Below are positions 48,319-58,020 of a stretch of DNA of 64,000 bases, piece after piece. Under the pieces are notes generated by a model. That model was not told where the DNA came from. It ran no database searches and was given only the letters and a program-made list of their open reading frames with translations. Position 1 is the stretch's first letter. Every line of letters begins with the position of its first letter. The stretch is from IMG/VR virus record IMGVR_UViG_3300009508_000011, positions 1 through 64,000 of that record; one strand, written 5' to 3'. Both the position numbers and the translations under genes were made by a program.

Positions 48319-50295
48319 TTACCCCGCTAGAATATTGTCGAAGTTGTGGTCAGGATTATTCTTGTTGATATAAGACGAAGCACGCATTATAACATCACCA
48401 TGTCTTTCAAATGCCATAGCCGCAGACATACTACGGTTAAACATATTCTCACGATGAATGTTAAACGATTCTTCCTCTTGACCAATAGGTGGACAATTTG
48501 AATTGGCCCGCACAGTTGATGTTACCATAGACGACAATAACAATATCTCAAGATGCAATACATTTACATTAGCTCTGCTATTTACAATATCGTAAAGTTT
48601 ACGCAGCGCCTCAGCAGAAGTCTTACATGCAAAGACACCATTACGACCTTTCTTCTCAATGAAGTTAGATATGCTTTTCATGTACTCAAGCATGTTCATG
48701 TGTCGTTGTGGCATTACCAAGAATGGTTTACTAAACGTCCAATGTGCTAAATCAATCACATAGTCGCCATAGTTATCAACTTCCCAACCGTACTTCTTCA
48801 AGTACTCTAGAAATTCATAAGTAAAGCTAGCTAGACGTGGTCCTACTGAAGTAGGTACAATATTATCCACGTTCTCATCTACACCTTTACTGTTTTTGAT
48901 TGTTCGTCTAATAACGATTTCAGCCATAGCAGCAAGTGTTGTAGTAGGGAGAATTTTAACATCAACAACTTCAGGGTTATTAATGTCTTCCAGATATTTA
49001 ACGTACTGTTCTGGAATAACTAACTTTGGACTTTGGTCTTTCAGGGTCATGTGGAATTGAATCTTAGACTGGTCAGTAGTGTTCAACTTAATGAACTCCG
49101 CATCACGAGCTTCTATATTCAAATGTTCAGCAACCGATGAACCATCTTCATGTTTGGTAGACATTACCTTTTGGGTTACGAATGAACATAACGCAATAGC
49201 ACTAATGTGTCCCAATCTAGTAGCCTGCTTATAATACATCTGACTTGGTATTGAATAACTCAAAGACCCACAGCATGTTTCACAGACCATATACTCATGA
49301 CGATGTTTACATTCCAAAGCAGAACGTAAGCGAATTAACTTACCTTCCAAATGTTTAGATTGCTTAGTAATTTCTTCCAGTTTACCATCTGCTGTAACAT
49401 GTACCTTACCAGCAAGATTACCAAGTGATTTCTTTGTAACTAAGAATTCAACTGTACCGGAAGTTCCACAGTCACCGGGAACTAAACCTTTTACGTATTG
49501 GTTTTGTAAAGATACTTTACGACCAAAGTACTCAGTAGCACGTAGAGGTTCAGTTGTAACTTTAAGTGCCTTAGTACCAGAGCGTGACTCCATAGCAGAA
49601 TCAGCAATCTTCTTAAGACCCTCAGCGTATCCCGGCATAACTGGTCTACGGAATATATTGGAATCGTAATCTGTTATAAAACCACGAGGACCAATAGCCT
49701 GTAATACCTGACCAACCGATATTAAAGATGCACGACACGCTACACAGACAGCATTGTCATTAAGTGTAGGACAGTTCATTATAATGTCAGTAATCTGGCG
49801 ATAGGTTTGCTCAAGACTAGCAGTACTAGGACGCGCTTCAGCCTTAGCTTCCTTTATTACAGGATGTTCTAACAGTTCAAGATAATCGAGAACTGAGATT
49901 GTTGTTACGTATGCTTCTAGTTCTTCACCAGTAAACACAAATACATTGTTAAAGATAATCATTGCCATACGGTTTAATAAATCCATATCGCGACAGATAC
50001 CTTGGTCGAAACATTCCCACAGAGGCCGTGAGATTAATTTCTTATGGACACTATTACCGAAAACAACATTACCGATATGGTGATGTGGCAATAGAGGTAA
50101 CTGAGGGAATTGACGATGGTAATCCCAATAGATAGTTGACACTATAGTCTTACGACCATTGAGTGTTTCTATTGTACCATCATCGAACTCCACCTGCATC
50201 GTTAACACGTCACAGTAACGTTCCATAAGTTCTTCCATCGAGAGAGGTAACAAGTCTCTCGCTTTAACTACGCCATCAAGGTGTATTGGATGCAT
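48319..50295 (-). CDS. Non-virion RNA polymerase beta' C-terminal subunit (gp74-like)
   Basis: IGPRGF, ESRSGTKAL, DCGT, LRSALEC...CETCCG, TQKVMSTKH trigger-loop equivalent. Confidence 0.9.
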   Translation of the reverse strand: MHPIHLDGVVKARDLLPLSMEELMERYCDVLTMQVEFDDGTIETLNGRKTIVSTIYWDYHRQFPQLPLLPHHHIGNVVFGNSVHKKLISRPLWECFDQGICRDMDLLNRMAMIIFNNVFVFTGEELEAYVTTISVLDYLELLEHPVIKEAKAEARPSTASLEQTYRQITDIIMNCPTLNDNAVCVACRASLISVGQVLQAIGPRGFITDYDSNIFRRPVMPGYAEGLKKIADSAMESRSGTKALKVTTEPLRATEYFGRKVSLQNQYVKGLVPGDCGTSGTVEFLVTKKSLGNLAGKVHVTADGKLEEITKQSKHLEGKLIRLRSALECKHRHEYMVCETCCGSLSYSIPSQMYYKQATRLGHISAIALCSFVTQKVMSTKHEDGSSVAEHLNIEARDAEFIKLNTTDQSKIQFHMTLKDQSPKLVIPEQYVKYLEDINNPEVVDVKILPTTTLAAMAEIVIRRTIKNSKGVDENVDNIVPTSVGPRLASFTYEFLEYLKKYGWEVDNYGDYVIDLAHWTFSKPFLVMPQRHMNMLEYMKSISNFIEKKGRNGVFACKTSAEALRKLYDIVNSRANVNVLHLEILLLSSMVTSTVRANSNCPPIGQEEESFNIHRENMFNRSMSAAMAFERHGDVIMRASSYINKNNPDHNFDNILAG

Positions 50296-50324
50296 AATTG
50301 AATATTTCCTTTTAAGTTAATTCG

Positions 50325-52493
50325 TTATTTACCAGGTTTATACGGAGCGTATCTAAATTCAACGCCACCGCACATCATCAAATGTTTCATGAGTTGCAAT
50401 GGACGTGAGTTACCACGAGGTATTTTCTTACGGTTAACAACACAATCAATATCGGTAGGTTTCTCAGCCGTCATTATATTGTGGTTAATTTCTTCTGATG
50501 AATACAACGAGTTAGTTCTATCCAACAATTCCGCTACTATATCTGGGTCCATAACCGCAGACATTAGACGTACCTCTGATTCACCTGCAAAACGCACAGG
50601 AGATTCACGATAAGGGTTAAGATATTTATCCGCTCTACCCAACTGTACAACAATGCCGTGATGTTGACGCTTAGCAATTGAAGTAGTTGACCAATCTTCA
50701 CCAGTTTTATCTAGCAACATCATGTACTTAGTATCAATGGCTACAGGACGCTTAGTAGTAATCATCTTACCTGAGTTACCACGATAGGTAACAGGACCGA
50801 CAATACTTTTACAATTAGCTTCTATATCCTTGACTTGCTGAATACCGATGTTAGGACTATTTGGTGGCAGCATTAAAGTAATGGCTTCTTGGTCAGTTAG
50901 TTTAGGATTACCCACTTCACGAACATGATTATCTTGTTTATCTTTACTATCAAGATGTTTCATGCAATACCAATACATATACGGCGACGCTGCTTTATAA
51001 TACGCCATTAGAATCTGATAACCTTCTTCCAATGATGCACAAGCACGAACACGTCTAGCACATTGTGTACTGGCTTGGTTAGTCCACTGCTCAAATATCT
51101 GACCAACATTAGAACGCTTAATTACTGAAAGCGGGTCTTTAATAACATCTGCTACAATACCACAAGCAGTAGTAGGCATATCAGCATCTGGACGAATACC
51201 AACTATTACACCTTTTGTACCGTGAGTATCCGTAATCTTGTAACCGATTGTTGGAACCTTACGATAGGCATAAGTTATTTCAATGTTGAAGTCATCTAGA
51301 GGGGCTTTGTTCTTGGTGCGAACAACTCTATCCTTACTTGAGTCATTAAAGTTAGCATACGCTTCAACTACCCAAGAATGGAAAGCAGGAGTTATATCCA
51401 AGTTACCACGACGTTTACTATTGTTCTGCTGATAAAGCTCTATTATTTTTCTATAGAACAAATCCTTACTTTGCACATACTTCAACATCTCGTCATCCAT
51501 TCCAGTAGGAGTGGTTCGATATCTAGCATTGTGGTCAGTTAGTATTTCAACATCTACAATAGTTGCACCAGGCTGAGCATAAATCGTTTTGTCAAATTCG
51601 ATGTCTACTCTATCACCCAACAGATTACGAGGATGTAAATCTGAGATGGTTAAGTTTTCATCTATCGTACGGAAAGCCATAACTAAACCGTCTTCACGAA
51701 TTTTCTCACCGGGACCAGGGAAAGGTTTATAGTGATTCTCATCACCGTACAGATTAAGTGGGAATATATGCTTACCACAAGAAGCTGTACGAGTACCTAA
51801 CATAGTCGTTGCCAACTTACGTTGATAACTCTCACTAATTTCAAAACCATCCTCAATGATACCTGGGACAGTCATGTAAGCTACGTTAGTTTCAATACCG
51901 TACTCGTAGTTACCTTCATTATCTACACAAGGAGAATCTGCAAGTACTGTACCTTTACCAACATTGCCACCTTTAGTGATGCGTTGTAAAGCATGTGTGT
52001 TCTGTTTGTATTTCCAACCCAGACTTGTGTGCTGGAAGAAGTATTTCTCAAGTAGGATACTTCCGATTTCTTTTGTTTCAAAATCTTCATATACTACCAA
52101 GGTAGAAGGGTTTTCTTTAATAGCTCCCTGAGATACCTGCTTAGCATATTTAGGGAACACACCAAGGATTGTTGCATTGACAGGAATGCGTTGATTAAAA
52201 GTGTACTTACCAAATTCACGTTCCGTACCAGTAAGGTTACGACGTACTGTAGAGCCTTCAGTTACCAAACGTTGTTTAAGGTGAGATGCTTGCATCTGCT
52301 GACGAGATGCTGAGTTAACGGCTACCCAAGGATTCAAATTTGTTGGAGCACCAACAAGTTCAATATCTAATTCGTTGACTAAACTGGCCTTCCCCTCATC
52401 GTCAAGGGTCACGAACAGTTCTGTCTGTAAATCCATATACAATGGTTCACCGTCCATATCCGTGATATGAAGAAATCGTTTATCATCAATCAT
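50325..52493 (-). CDS. Non-virion RNA polymerase beta C-terminal subunit (gp71-73-like), uninterrupted
   Basis: GYKITDTHGTKG, PLSVIKRSNVGQIFE, VRFAGESEVR. Confidence 0.92.
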   Translation of the reverse strand: MIDDKRFLHITDMDGEPLYMDLQTELFVTLDDEGKASLVNELDIELVGAPTNLNPWVAVNSASRQQMQASHLKQRLVTEGSTVRRNLTGTEREFGKYTFNQRIPVNATILGVFPKYAKQVSQGAIKENPSTLVVYEDFETKEIGSILLEKYFFQHTSLGWKYKQNTHALQRITKGGNVGKGTVLADSPCVDNEGNYEYGIETNVAYMTVPGIIEDGFEISESYQRKLATTMLGTRTASCGKHIFPLNLYGDENHYKPFPGPGEKIREDGLVMAFRTIDENLTISDLHPRNLLGDRVDIEFDKTIYAQPGATIVDVEILTDHNARYRTTPTGMDDEMLKYVQSKDLFYRKIIELYQQNNSKRRGNLDITPAFHSWVVEAYANFNDSSKDRVVRTKNKAPLDDFNIEITYAYRKVPTIGYKITDTHGTKGVIVGIRPDADMPTTACGIVADVIKDPLSVIKRSNVGQIFEQWTNQASTQCARRVRACASLEEGYQILMAYYKAASPYMYWYCMKHLDSKDKQDNHVREVGNPKLTDQEAITLMLPPNSPNIGIQQVKDIEANCKSIVGPVTYRGNSGKMITTKRPVAIDTKYMMLLDKTGEDWSTTSIAKRQHHGIVVQLGRADKYLNPYRESPVRFAGESEVRLMSAVMDPDIVAELLDRTNSLYSSEEINHNIMTAEKPTDIDCVVNRKKIPRGNSRPLQLMKHLMMCGGVEFRYAPYKPGK

Positions 52494-52615
52494 TCTTATA
52501 GTTTCCTTTTATTTTATTAAGAGTGTATGCCATTAGATAATATATGTTTATAATTATTTAATCGGGTAGGTATCTCTTTTTATGTTTAGTTCTTAGAAGC
52601 TTCGGAGACCAGCTA

Positions 52616-52951
52616 ATGGATATCACCAAAAGCATGAATAGTGAAGGAGCTGACATTTTCTACGACTCCGATTTCCGGAGTGTTCTGGAAGACCATGTCC
52701 CTCTACTGAGAGATGATGCTGCTACAGAAATAGTTAATGTCAAATCTAACGTAGCCTATAAATTTGAATACGATTTAACTGGCTATTTATCATCTATTAA
52801 TGTACCACATTACTTACATTGGATAACAATGAGAATTAATGGATGGAAGAAGGATACAGAGTTCTTCAACCCAACTATGATTCGAATTCCGCATCGTAAT
52901 AGTGTAAATAAAATAAAACAAATGTTTGAAGCAACCACTACAAAAAAATAG
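52616..52951 (+). CDS. Small conserved protein, LysM/T4 gp53-like baseplate wedge candidate
   Basis: HWITMRING...IRIP pattern; TATG motif at 52581; GGAG RBS. Confidence 0.5.
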   Translation: MDITKSMNSEGADIFYDSDFRSVLEDHVPLLRDDAATEIVNVKSNVAYKFEYDLTGYLSSINVPHYLHWITMRINGWKKDTEFFNPTMIRIPHRNSVNKIKQMFEATTTKK

Positions 52952-53051
52952 ATGGCTGCGTATTTTTTTCACTTAAAAAGCAGGGGATTCTCAGGAATCC
53001 TCGCTTATGCCGTTCGGTTAAAACAAAAAAAAGAGGGAATCCCCTCTTTCT

Positions 53052-53363
53052 TCATCGGATAGATATTCTACTTACAGAACAACTAGATTTCCCCACTAAC
53101 TTCTCAAGCTCTATGGCATCACTATCCTCATCCACATCGATGACGACCGCTAATGTTTTTGGTTTATTGACAGTGTAATAATCCAATAATTTGTTTAGGT
53201 CAGGAACCATTGAGTCCTTATCTTCACCAGTCAGTAATATGGTAACCTTGCCACTATGTGGACCACTGACATATATACCCTTTTTAATCGTGCAAGGAGT
53301 AATAACTCCTAACTCTACCAATTTCTCATGTGTGCCCATTGGTGCTTTATTAACGTTTCTCAT
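53052..53363 (-). CDS. Accessory early protein, paralogue of 32554-32892
   Basis: 103 aa behind cassette copy 3. Confidence 0.8.
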   Translation of the reverse strand: MRNVNKAPMGTHEKLVELGVITPCTIKKGIYVSGPHSGKVTILLTGEDKDSMVPDLNKLLDYYTVNKPKTLAVVIDVDEDSDAIELEKLVGKSSCSVSRISIR

Positions 53364-53416
53364 TTATCTTTTCCTTTTATTTAAAGATTAACGATACTAA
53401 TGATTTAGTATCTAAC

Positions 53417-53462
53417 TCACTATTGTAATATGTATCTATTGTTTTCTGGGAACGACAAAAAA
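53417..53462 (-). promoter_or_regulatory. 46-bp early promoter/stem-loop cassette, copy 3
   Basis: 44 of 46 bases identical to copies 1 and 2. Confidence 0.8.
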
Positions 53463-53569
53463 AAGAAGAGCGCTGGCCCTTCTTTTAGATTGGTTACCAA
53501 AATCATGTTCAAGGAGAAGAACATGCAAGGTAATCCTCTAATGAAGACTACCTAACATGTAACTCCTAC

Positions 53570-54850
53570 TTACCAGCTACCACGATTGAAACTGTTTCCG
53601 AATCCACCTTGGTTACCTGTAGGGTAAGGGGTAGATTGGCGACCAGTTGGTTGTTGACCAAATGGGTTTCTTTGTGGGTTAGACCAACTAGGACCTGATT
53701 CTTGATGGAATCCAGTATTTTGTTGGAATGGTGTTGCTTGGCGAACAGGCTGTGCTTGTGGTTGTGCAAACATGTCTTGAAATCGTTTCTTACCACCATC
53801 CTGCTCAACTGGAGCTGGCTGTTTGTGTTGTTGGAACGGTTTCGGTGTAACAGGTTGTTGCTGAGCTAACTTTTCAGATAGCGTCATTTTACGACCTTCT
53901 TCACGTGCTTGTTCTGCCTTAGCACCCCAATCTAATTTCTTAGTTGGTTTGGCAACAGCAGCTGCTGTGTCTTCAACCTTTTCAACTTCATCAGGGTCAA
54001 CAGAACCTTCATTGCCACGAAGATTAGGAATAACACCTTTGTATTGGTCAAGGTCTTTAACATCATCAGCCCAATCGATATCGATTAATAGGTCTTCAAA
54101 GTCATCACCCCAAACTTTCTGGAACTTACGAAGAACTACATTTAAACGATGTGCGATATTGATGTAGGCGTGTAACAACGCGTGGAACGATGGAGCCACC
54201 ATTGAGTTACTACCAAAGCTATACGCTTGGTCGTTAATGTCAGGTAGAATGAAATCAAACATATCGAAGAATGGTTGGTAATCACACTTACGGAACTTAA
54301 CGCCAAATATAGTACGGTCTTTGTTTTCACTTTCAGTACGCAGCGGAGAATGAATACTGGCAAGGCGTTTAAATTTCTTACCGTCCATTTCACCAGAACG
54401 CTTAATGAATAAACCAATAATCTTTTCGGCTTCGTTAGGATTGATTTTATCCAATAGCGAATCCATTGACTTAAAGGTCTTCTCATCGAACTCAGGTACA
54501 AGAGTAAGGTACTCTTTTTGCTTAGTGGTTAATTGTTTTTGACGCGCTGGGTCAGTAGCAATTTCACCGAGTACGTGAATGATTGTTGCAGCAGTGAAGT
54601 TCAATTTAAATTGCATCTGTTTACGTAGTTCAAACAGAACAGCAGATTCACCACGCATTACATTTTCAGACATCGGATGGAAAGCAATACAGTTATCCCA
54701 ATCTGGGTTACGTAATACTTTCTTAGTAGGTAAGATTAATTGCTTATCAGCAATCTCCACAGGACCTTTAAAGGCTGTAATAGCACCTTCTTTATTAACA
54801 TCCCAACCAGCAGATTCTGCAATTGCCGTATATAATTCTATTAAATCCAT
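53570..54850 (-). CDS. Nucleus-localised protein (phiKZ gp70/Nlp-like) with Q/G/F-rich C-terminal tail
   Basis: 426 aa; AFHPMSENVMRGES motif; directly downstream of the gp69-like gene. Confidence 0.7.
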   Translation of the reverse strand: MDLIELYTAIAESAGWDVNKEGAITAFKGPVEIADKQLILPTKKVLRNPDWDNCIAFHPMSENVMRGESAVLFELRKQMQFKLNFTAATIIHVLGEIATDPARQKQLTTKQKEYLTLVPEFDEKTFKSMDSLLDKINPNEAEKIIGLFIKRSGEMDGKKFKRLASIHSPLRTESENKDRTIFGVKFRKCDYQPFFDMFDFILPDINDQAYSFGSNSMVAPSFHALLHAYINIAHRLNVVLRKFQKVWGDDFEDLLIDIDWADDVKDLDQYKGVIPNLRGNEGSVDPDEVEKVEDTAAAVAKPTKKLDWGAKAEQAREEGRKMTLSEKLAQQQPVTPKPFQQHKQPAPVEQDGGKKRFQDMFAQPQAQPVRQATPFQQNTGFHQESGPSWSNPQRNPFGQQPTGRQSTPYPTGNQGGFGNSFNRGSW

Positions 54851-54906
54851 TATGGACTCCCGTTTATTAAAGTCTTGTTGTAGGGGATGTAATCATCCCC
54901 GTGTTA

Positions 54907-56334
54907 TTACCAGTTATTGTTGTTACCGCCACCGAATATCTGAATGTTACTTGCAGGTTCGGTAGTCATCCCAATAGATGAGGTGATTGAATCGATATCA
55001 ACAGCCAATGAATTAAGGTCGTTGTTAGTAGAACCTATAATAGGTGCAGTAAGACCATCAGCAAACGAAGGTATTACATACGGTACAGGAACATCGCCAT
55101 CAACGCTAATCTCAATACGTGTCTCACCAAGAATATCTACATCAACATCTATAGTAACAATGAAGTTCCAGTTATTGGTAACATCAGGCATTACGATATT
55201 AATAAGACGGTCAAGGAACAGTTGAATGTAACTGTCTAGAGGAATGTCCTCTACGAATCCACGTGGTACATCCGTGATACGTGCATCAGGTTGCCCATTT
55301 AAAGTAGCATTGGTTGCTGAGAACTTAACACGAGTAAGTAGACACTCCATAGCTAGAGGAGGTACTGTATTCGATAAGATTGTTGACATAACTGCTGTTA
55401 CATCAGAACCTTTAAAGTGCTCAGTATGTGACGTGTGTTGCGTAGCTTGCTTAAGCGCAGGCTTCAACTCAAAGTGGTTAGTTACGTGCATGGTGGATGG
55501 TGACATATCACATAATGCTCCGTAGGTAATGAAACCATCTTCGAAGTAATTGTTTTGGTCATCCCATAGACGTAGTAAACCATCATCCTGAATACTAGAC
55601 TCACGAACCTTAGTTGTTGCTTCACTATATATGTCAGACATTGTACCTGCCATATGGTCAGCATTGTTCTGAGCCGAATGAAGTGCTTTCATTGACTTAG
55701 CCAAATACTGATTGTGGTTAGTGTTAGCACGTTCAGATTTAAATGCACCACGAGCAATGTTAGCTCTGAAATCTAGTACATCCATATCTTGTTGCTGGTA
55801 ATAACTAGTAGCCTGTAGACTATTGAATACATCTTCAGGACGCATTACTACACTTTGACTTTGGAAACCTTGACCATGTATCTTAAGGTCATTAACCACG
55901 ATGTGATTAGATTCAAAAATCTGCCACTGGTTAAGACCGATTAGACGCAATACAATAACGTTGTTAATGTACATACGCATGTTAGGGTCAAGACTACCAC
56001 CCATGCCTACACCTACGTGGTCGGTATAACCAATTACGATTTTACGAACCGGTGTATTAGCTACCATCATCTCCACTTCCATGAAGAAACGGTAACGGCG
56101 TTCACCCCAACCATGACTGATGTTAATATCACGACCAGCCTCAGAAGTAGGACGTATAATAGTAGAAGCTACACCAGCTACACTGTTAGCTGAAATGTTT
56201 CTACCATCTTGCGTAGCATTCTTTAATAGTTCAATGTTACGCGTATCGTCCAAATAAGTATTGTAGGGACGAGCTGCCTGTTGGTGGTACTCGCCTGTTT
56301 CAATAAACATTAACTTAGTTACGTTAAATGACAT
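54907..56334 (-). CDS. picA: Phage-nucleus protein importer PicA/Imp1 (gp69-like)
   Basis: 475 aa between gp68- and gp70-like genes; GWGERRYRFFMEVE and MRPEDVF motifs; assigned by synteny. Confidence 0.7.
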   Translation of the reverse strand: MSFNVTKLMFIETGEYHQQAARPYNTYLDDTRNIELLKNATQDGRNISANSVAGVASTIIRPTSEAGRDINISHGWGERRYRFFMEVEMMVANTPVRKIVIGYTDHVGVGMGGSLDPNMRMYINNVIVLRLIGLNQWQIFESNHIVVNDLKIHGQGFQSQSVVMRPEDVFNSLQATSYYQQQDMDVLDFRANIARGAFKSERANTNHNQYLAKSMKALHSAQNNADHMAGTMSDIYSEATTKVRESSIQDDGLLRLWDDQNNYFEDGFITYGALCDMSPSTMHVTNHFELKPALKQATQHTSHTEHFKGSDVTAVMSTILSNTVPPLAMECLLTRVKFSATNATLNGQPDARITDVPRGFVEDIPLDSYIQLFLDRLINIVMPDVTNNWNFIVTIDVDVDILGETRIEISVDGDVPVPYVIPSFADGLTAPIIGSTNNDLNSLAVDIDSITSSIGMTTEPASNIQIFGGGNNNNW

Positions 56335-56420
56335 TTTAACTTTCCTTTTATTTAGCAATAAGATGCTTGAAGTTGTTGATTACACTACGATAATATATAC
56401 TTAAATATCGTACGGATAGA

Positions 56421-57953
56421 TTATACGGTTTCTTCATTGTTGGTAGATAAACCACGGAAGCGTTTATCCAAGTCCATCAAGAAGCGTGCACACTCAGGTC
56501 TGAAGTTTCCGGGAACAATCAGTTGAGTACCTGTAAGATTTTCTTCATCAATTGACGGTGGTAGGTTATACTCGATATTGACTGAGCTAATCTTGTTAAG
56601 TAGAGAGTCAATCCAATCATTACCTACATTATTCTTAGGCGTAAGTTGTTTAGCACTTGAACGTCTATAATGCGGGTAGATATCAGATAGTATCTCTAGG
56701 TCTGCTCTTGACACACGAGACTTAACATGTCCTTCACCACCAAGGGAGAATTCATCTGGGTCACGTGCTGTGAACTTAGCACTACATAAATTACCAAGTA
56801 TCGGAAAACCACGAGTATAGTATATTGCCTGAACAATACCTAACAAATGACACATATGTACATGGGTAATGTGATACTGAGCACTAGGTGCGAATATCTC
56901 ACCAGCCAAGCTTCCACAAAGCATGTAATGGGCTTCGTTGATTACCAAGTTAGAACGATTGAGGGTATCAATACATTCCTTCACGAACTTGAGGTTAACA
57001 TCTGGTTCAAGACGTGTTGCCATCTCTCTCCAGTGTTTGATAATGTAATGTTCAATATCGCGAGGAACCCGTTTGGATAACTCTTGTCGAACACGTGTGT
57101 TTTCCATGATGGAGAGATTATCTTCATCTCGGTTAGTTTCGGTGGGTCGATGTTTATCACCAATACGCTCAAACGATTTATCCATCTGGTCCATTTTGGA
57201 TTTCAGATAGTTATACATTTTACGTACGATGTGTTCAGTACCGTCATTAGGGTCTATTAAAAGAACCTTACGAATAACTGCAAAGGCAAGTAACCACTCA
57301 GGTAATTCTTCAGTACTTAAAGCACCATATACTGCCGATGTTGTTTTACGACTGTATGTAGAGTTTACCGTGACGTATGTTGATAACCTTTCCCATTCTG
57401 GTCTAGCTAAGATACGTGGGTCTATAAGTTCCATTGTACGGTACTCTTTATAAGCAGTACCAACGTCTTTATAGATTACTGCCATATACTCACCAATAAT
57501 TGGGAGTAAAGGTTTGAGCACCATACCTAAACGAACCAGTCCCTTATACTCACTACGAATATAAGTTAATTCACGAGGGCCATCATCTGGACTATAATGT
57601 TCATTCACTTCACCTGCATTAATATCCAAGTGTAACTCTAGCCATCTAAACATTCTACAGACATCTAACGTATCGTACAGTCGTGAGATATGAGATTTCA
57701 ACTTAGCAGTTAAACGCTCACGGGAACGCACTGAATCAAATGAATCACGTATGTCATCGTAGATACCTAAAACATCTCTTTGTTCATCAGGTGTTAAAGA
57801 AGCAAGATATCGATTAAGTGGCTCTATGCTTCTACCTGGGTCGCTCACATTACTTCGGTCGAAGTTCTGCGTATTAAACTTGACTTGTAAATCATCAAGC
57901 TCAACATCCACAGTTGTGAACTTATTGTTAGTCGGGGTTATCGTTAAAGGCAT
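56421..57953 (-). CDS. nvRNAP promoter-specificity (sigma-like) subunit (gp68-like)
   Basis: 510 aa; TYIRSEY, LKPLLPIIGEY motifs; own early-like promoter at about 57995-58020; synteny. Confidence 0.75.
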   Translation of the reverse strand: MPLTITPTNNKFTTVDVELDDLQVKFNTQNFDRSNVSDPGRSIEPLNRYLASLTPDEQRDVLGIYDDIRDSFDSVRSRERLTAKLKSHISRLYDTLDVCRMFRWLELHLDINAGEVNEHYSPDDGPRELTYIRSEYKGLVRLGMVLKPLLPIIGEYMAVIYKDVGTAYKEYRTMELIDPRILARPEWERLSTYVTVNSTYSRKTTSAVYGALSTEELPEWLLAFAVIRKVLLIDPNDGTEHIVRKMYNYLKSKMDQMDKSFERIGDKHRPTETNRDEDNLSIMENTRVRQELSKRVPRDIEHYIIKHWREMATRLEPDVNLKFVKECIDTLNRSNLVINEAHYMLCGSLAGEIFAPSAQYHITHVHMCHLLGIVQAIYYTRGFPILGNLCSAKFTARDPDEFSLGGEGHVKSRVSRADLEILSDIYPHYRRSSAKQLTPKNNVGNDWIDSLLNKISSVNIEYNLPPSIDEENLTGTQLIVPGNFRPECARFLMDLDKRFRGLSTNNEETV

Positions 57954-57989
57954 TCTGTTCTCCATACTTTTATTAACAGGGTCTTAACT

Positions 57990-58020
57990 CACTAAGATAA
58001 TATATGTTTAAAATTATTTA
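57990..58020 (-). promoter_or_regulatory. Early-like promoter (TATATTATC)
   Basis: Minus strand AAATAATTTTAAACATATATTATC; near-identical copy at about 52536-52560 and a related one at about 56388-56408. Confidence 0.6.

Noticed and set aside
18853-53462. Dispersed 35- and 46-bp repeats as a CRISPR array
   Set aside because: Copies are hundreds to thousands of bases apart with genes between them; no regular spacers and no cas genes
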